From positions 1 to 26,241 of IMG/VR virus record IMGVR_UViG_3300010362_000094: a stretch of 26,241 nt of DNA; one strand, given 5' to 3'. Position 1 is the first letter of the stretch, and every line of letters begins with the position of its first letter. Shown one piece after another: positions 24,596 to 26,241 of this stretch. The translations under genes were made by a program, and so were the position numbers. The notes beneath the pieces were generated by a model that ran no database searches, had not been told where the DNA came from, and saw nothing but the letters and a program-made list of their open reading frames with translations. Source of the stretch: a virus. Taxonomy: Duplodnaviria; Caudoviricetes.

Positions 24596-24965
24596 CGGCT
24601 TTCCCCTGGAGCTCGGTGATCTCCCGGGCCCGCCTGGCGTTGTGCTCCCGGCGGTGCCTGGTGCAGAAGGTGTGGTACCAGCCGTGGTCGGCCTGGTTCT
24701 TGCCCTTGATCCCGCACTCCTCGCAGATGGTCACCGACCGGGCCTCAGCCTCCTCGGTGATCTGCCGGGCCAGCTCCGCGGCCTCCACGGTGGCGTCGTC
24801 CAGCGGGTTCCAGTAGTAGCGGAGCCCACCGAACTTCTCCTTGATCTGGAGCAGCTCGTAGTCGCCGAGCAGCTCGATCAGGTGCGCGTGCACGTCGGTG
24901 ACCAGCGGCTGCCAGCCGTCGCCGACGTTCCTGCGCTCACGCTCGAATCTCTCCAGTGCTGTCAT
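24588..24965 (-). CDS. Conserved phage hypothetical protein (KEKFGGLR family, Zn-binding)
   Basis: Start ATG 24965 with AAGGAG RBS; GDGW..L, QIKEKFGGLRYY, CEECG...GW..TFC..H motifs. Confidence 0.8.
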   Translation of the reverse strand: MTALERFERERRNVGDGWQPLVTDVHAHLIELLGDYELLQIKEKFGGLRYYWNPLDDATVEAAELARQITEEAEARSVTICEECGIKGKNQADHGWYHTFCTRHRREHNARRAREITELQGKADA

Positions 24966-25165
24966 CTCATCTCCTTCATGGTGGGTTCGATCGGCACGTA
25001 GGACACCGGGTGCGACGACATCGGGTGTCGGTCCTCGCAGATGTCGCAGAACGGCTGGTCGATGGACACGTCGTTCTTGCATCGGCTGTCGTCCAGCAGG
25101 CACCGGCACTGGTAGCTGCCGCCGCGGACCGGGGGACTCATGGCCGCCTCCCGATCATCGCTCAC
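24962..25165 (-). CDS. Small Cys-rich hypothetical protein
   Basis: GTG 25165 (GTGA overlap) or ATG 25141; CRC.....C.........FCDIC...H. Confidence 0.6.
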   Translation of the reverse strand: MSDDREAAMSPPVRGGSYQCRCLLDDSRCKNDVSIDQPFCDICEDRHPMSSHPVSYVPIEPTMKEMR

Positions 25166-25440
25166 GTCAGTCCCTCCGGGCTCTGCGGGACGGCGATGAA
25201 CTGCAGGTCCTTGCCGACCGAGCGGAACACCGCCTGCATGTGCACGAACAGCTCGGCCATCGCCTCGGACTGGTCCTCGTAGCCATGGGCGACGATGCCG
25301 CCGTGCTTGCTGTCGGAGAGGAACACCAACGCTCGCACGTCGGAGTTCTCCGGCGTGTCCAGCACCGCGGTCATCTGCGCGCACAGCTCGGTCAGCCGGT
25401 CCATGGGCTGGTCGGAGGTGCGTACCTCCTCTTTCATCAT
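25162..25440 (-). CDS. Hypothetical protein
   Basis: Coupled overlaps at both ends, GC3 bias. Confidence 0.7.
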   Translation of the reverse strand: MMKEEVRTSDQPMDRLTELCAQMTAVLDTPENSDVRALVFLSDSKHGGIVAHGYEDQSEAMAELFVHMQAVFRSVGKDLQFIAVPQSPEGLT

Positions 25441-25601
25441 TCGATCCTCTCGATCATGTCGAGCTCGTAGGCGTCGGCGATCAGCCGGAGCATCTGGGCG
25501 AAGTCCTTGGTGGACATCCCCTTGCGCAGATTGACCTTGATGCCACCCTCGACGTGCACCTCGATCAGGGCGAACACACCATCGGGCAGCTCCTCGGGCA
25601 T
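25437..25601 (-). CDS. Small hypothetical protein (MPEELPDG..., 54 aa)
   Basis: GGAGGGAG RBS, TGATG overlap; 3' part of track ORF 25437..26069. Confidence 0.65.
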   Translation of the reverse strand: MPEELPDGVFALIEVHVEGGIKVNLRKGMSTKDFAQMLRLIADAYELDMIERIE

Positions 25602-26065
25602 CAGCGCTCCCTCCGTACGTCGTCGTCCCATCGACGTTGTACTTCCTTGTCCCATCGGGACTGGGCCTGGCGCTGCTGGTATGGCTCCGGCTGGTGCACC
25701 TCCTCGGGCGGGTTGAGCGCCTTGTTGATCAGCTTGTCCTGCTCGTCGTTGATCTCCTGGAGCGCCCGGTTCATCACCACACTGCCCCGGGCCCGGCGCA
25801 GTTCGTGCCGCTGCTTGGGGGTGAGCACCTCCCGTTCGGCGGCGTTCTCGAACACCTTGTTGTGGCCGGTGACCCGGCGCCCCGCGTAGACCGCGGACCA
25901 GCCGAAGCCGACCGTGCCCAGGGCCATGCAGGCGGCCCCGAACGCGAGCGCGATCGAGAACTCCACCGAGGCCTGGATGACCAACCCGATGGTGGCGACC
26001 CCGGCGATCCCGGCCAGCACCAGGCCGGCGACCATCATGATCCGATACATGAGCTCTTCGCTCAT
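25601..26065 (-). CDS. Membrane protein, two N-terminal TM helices
   Basis: AAGGAGG RBS; IMMVAGLVLAGIAGVATIGLVI and FSIALAFGAACMALGTVGFGWSAVY. Confidence 0.8.
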   Translation of the reverse strand: MSEELMYRIMMVAGLVLAGIAGVATIGLVIQASVEFSIALAFGAACMALGTVGFGWSAVYAGRRVTGHNKVFENAAEREVLTPKQRHELRRARGSVVMNRALQEINDEQDKLINKALNPPEEVHQPEPYQQRQAQSRWDKEVQRRWDDDVRRER

Positions 26066-26241
26066 TCACTTCCTCCTTCGAACTCGACGTGGGTGGTGAA
26101 CCTGAGTCCCGACTCGGTGACGATGGTGAAGGACTGGACGACGTTCTGCTCGTCGTAGTTGTCGACGATCCCCTTGAGCTTGATCGGGTAGTCCTCCATC
26201 CCGACCAGGCCCCGGAACATGCCGAGGATCAGGTACTTCAG
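26062..26241 (-). CDS. Hypothetical protein, 3' end (partial)
   Basis: Open frame LKYLILGMFRGLVGMEDYPIKLKGIVDNYDEQNVVQSFTIVTESGLRFTTHVEFEGGSE*, ATGA overlap with the next gene. Confidence 0.7.
   Translation of the reverse strand: MKYLILGMFRGLVGMEDYPIKLKGIVDNYDEQNVVQSFTIVTESGLRFTTHVEFEGGSE

Overview
High-GC fragment of a tailed dsDNA siphovirus, probably infecting Actinomycetota (inferred from composition and gene style). Bases 1-16652 are a translationally coupled rightward virion operon. It runs from the capsid 3' end through a free-standing LAGLIDADG endonuclease, neck genes, a zinc-finger HNH endonuclease, tail tube, -1 frameshifted tail chaperone, a 1887-aa tape measure with M23 and lytic transglycosylase domains, and five tail-tip genes. 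Bases 16947-26241 are a leftward arm of mostly small unknown genes plus a ParB-like protein and an AAA+ ATPase. The arms meet at a hairpin-rich, AT-rich junction. The most striking observation is three small, very basic proteins in the head/neck module (1085, 1431, 3134). They share a protein-level N-terminal leader, MxSAFG[IV][DE]HG-x(0-3)-[IV][SE]K, fused to variable cargo. This is a candidate capsid-targeting, protease-cleaved leader system for packaging and injecting effector proteins, analogous to the T4 internal proteins. Also notable are recoded gene ends flanking the HNH, a 9-codon ORF between two terminators, a promoter-GNRA-terminator leader and a membrane protein with tape-measure-like 11-mer Trp repeats. 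No integrase, lysin, tRNA or CRISPR array was recognised. All calls come from reading the sequence; no database searches were run.
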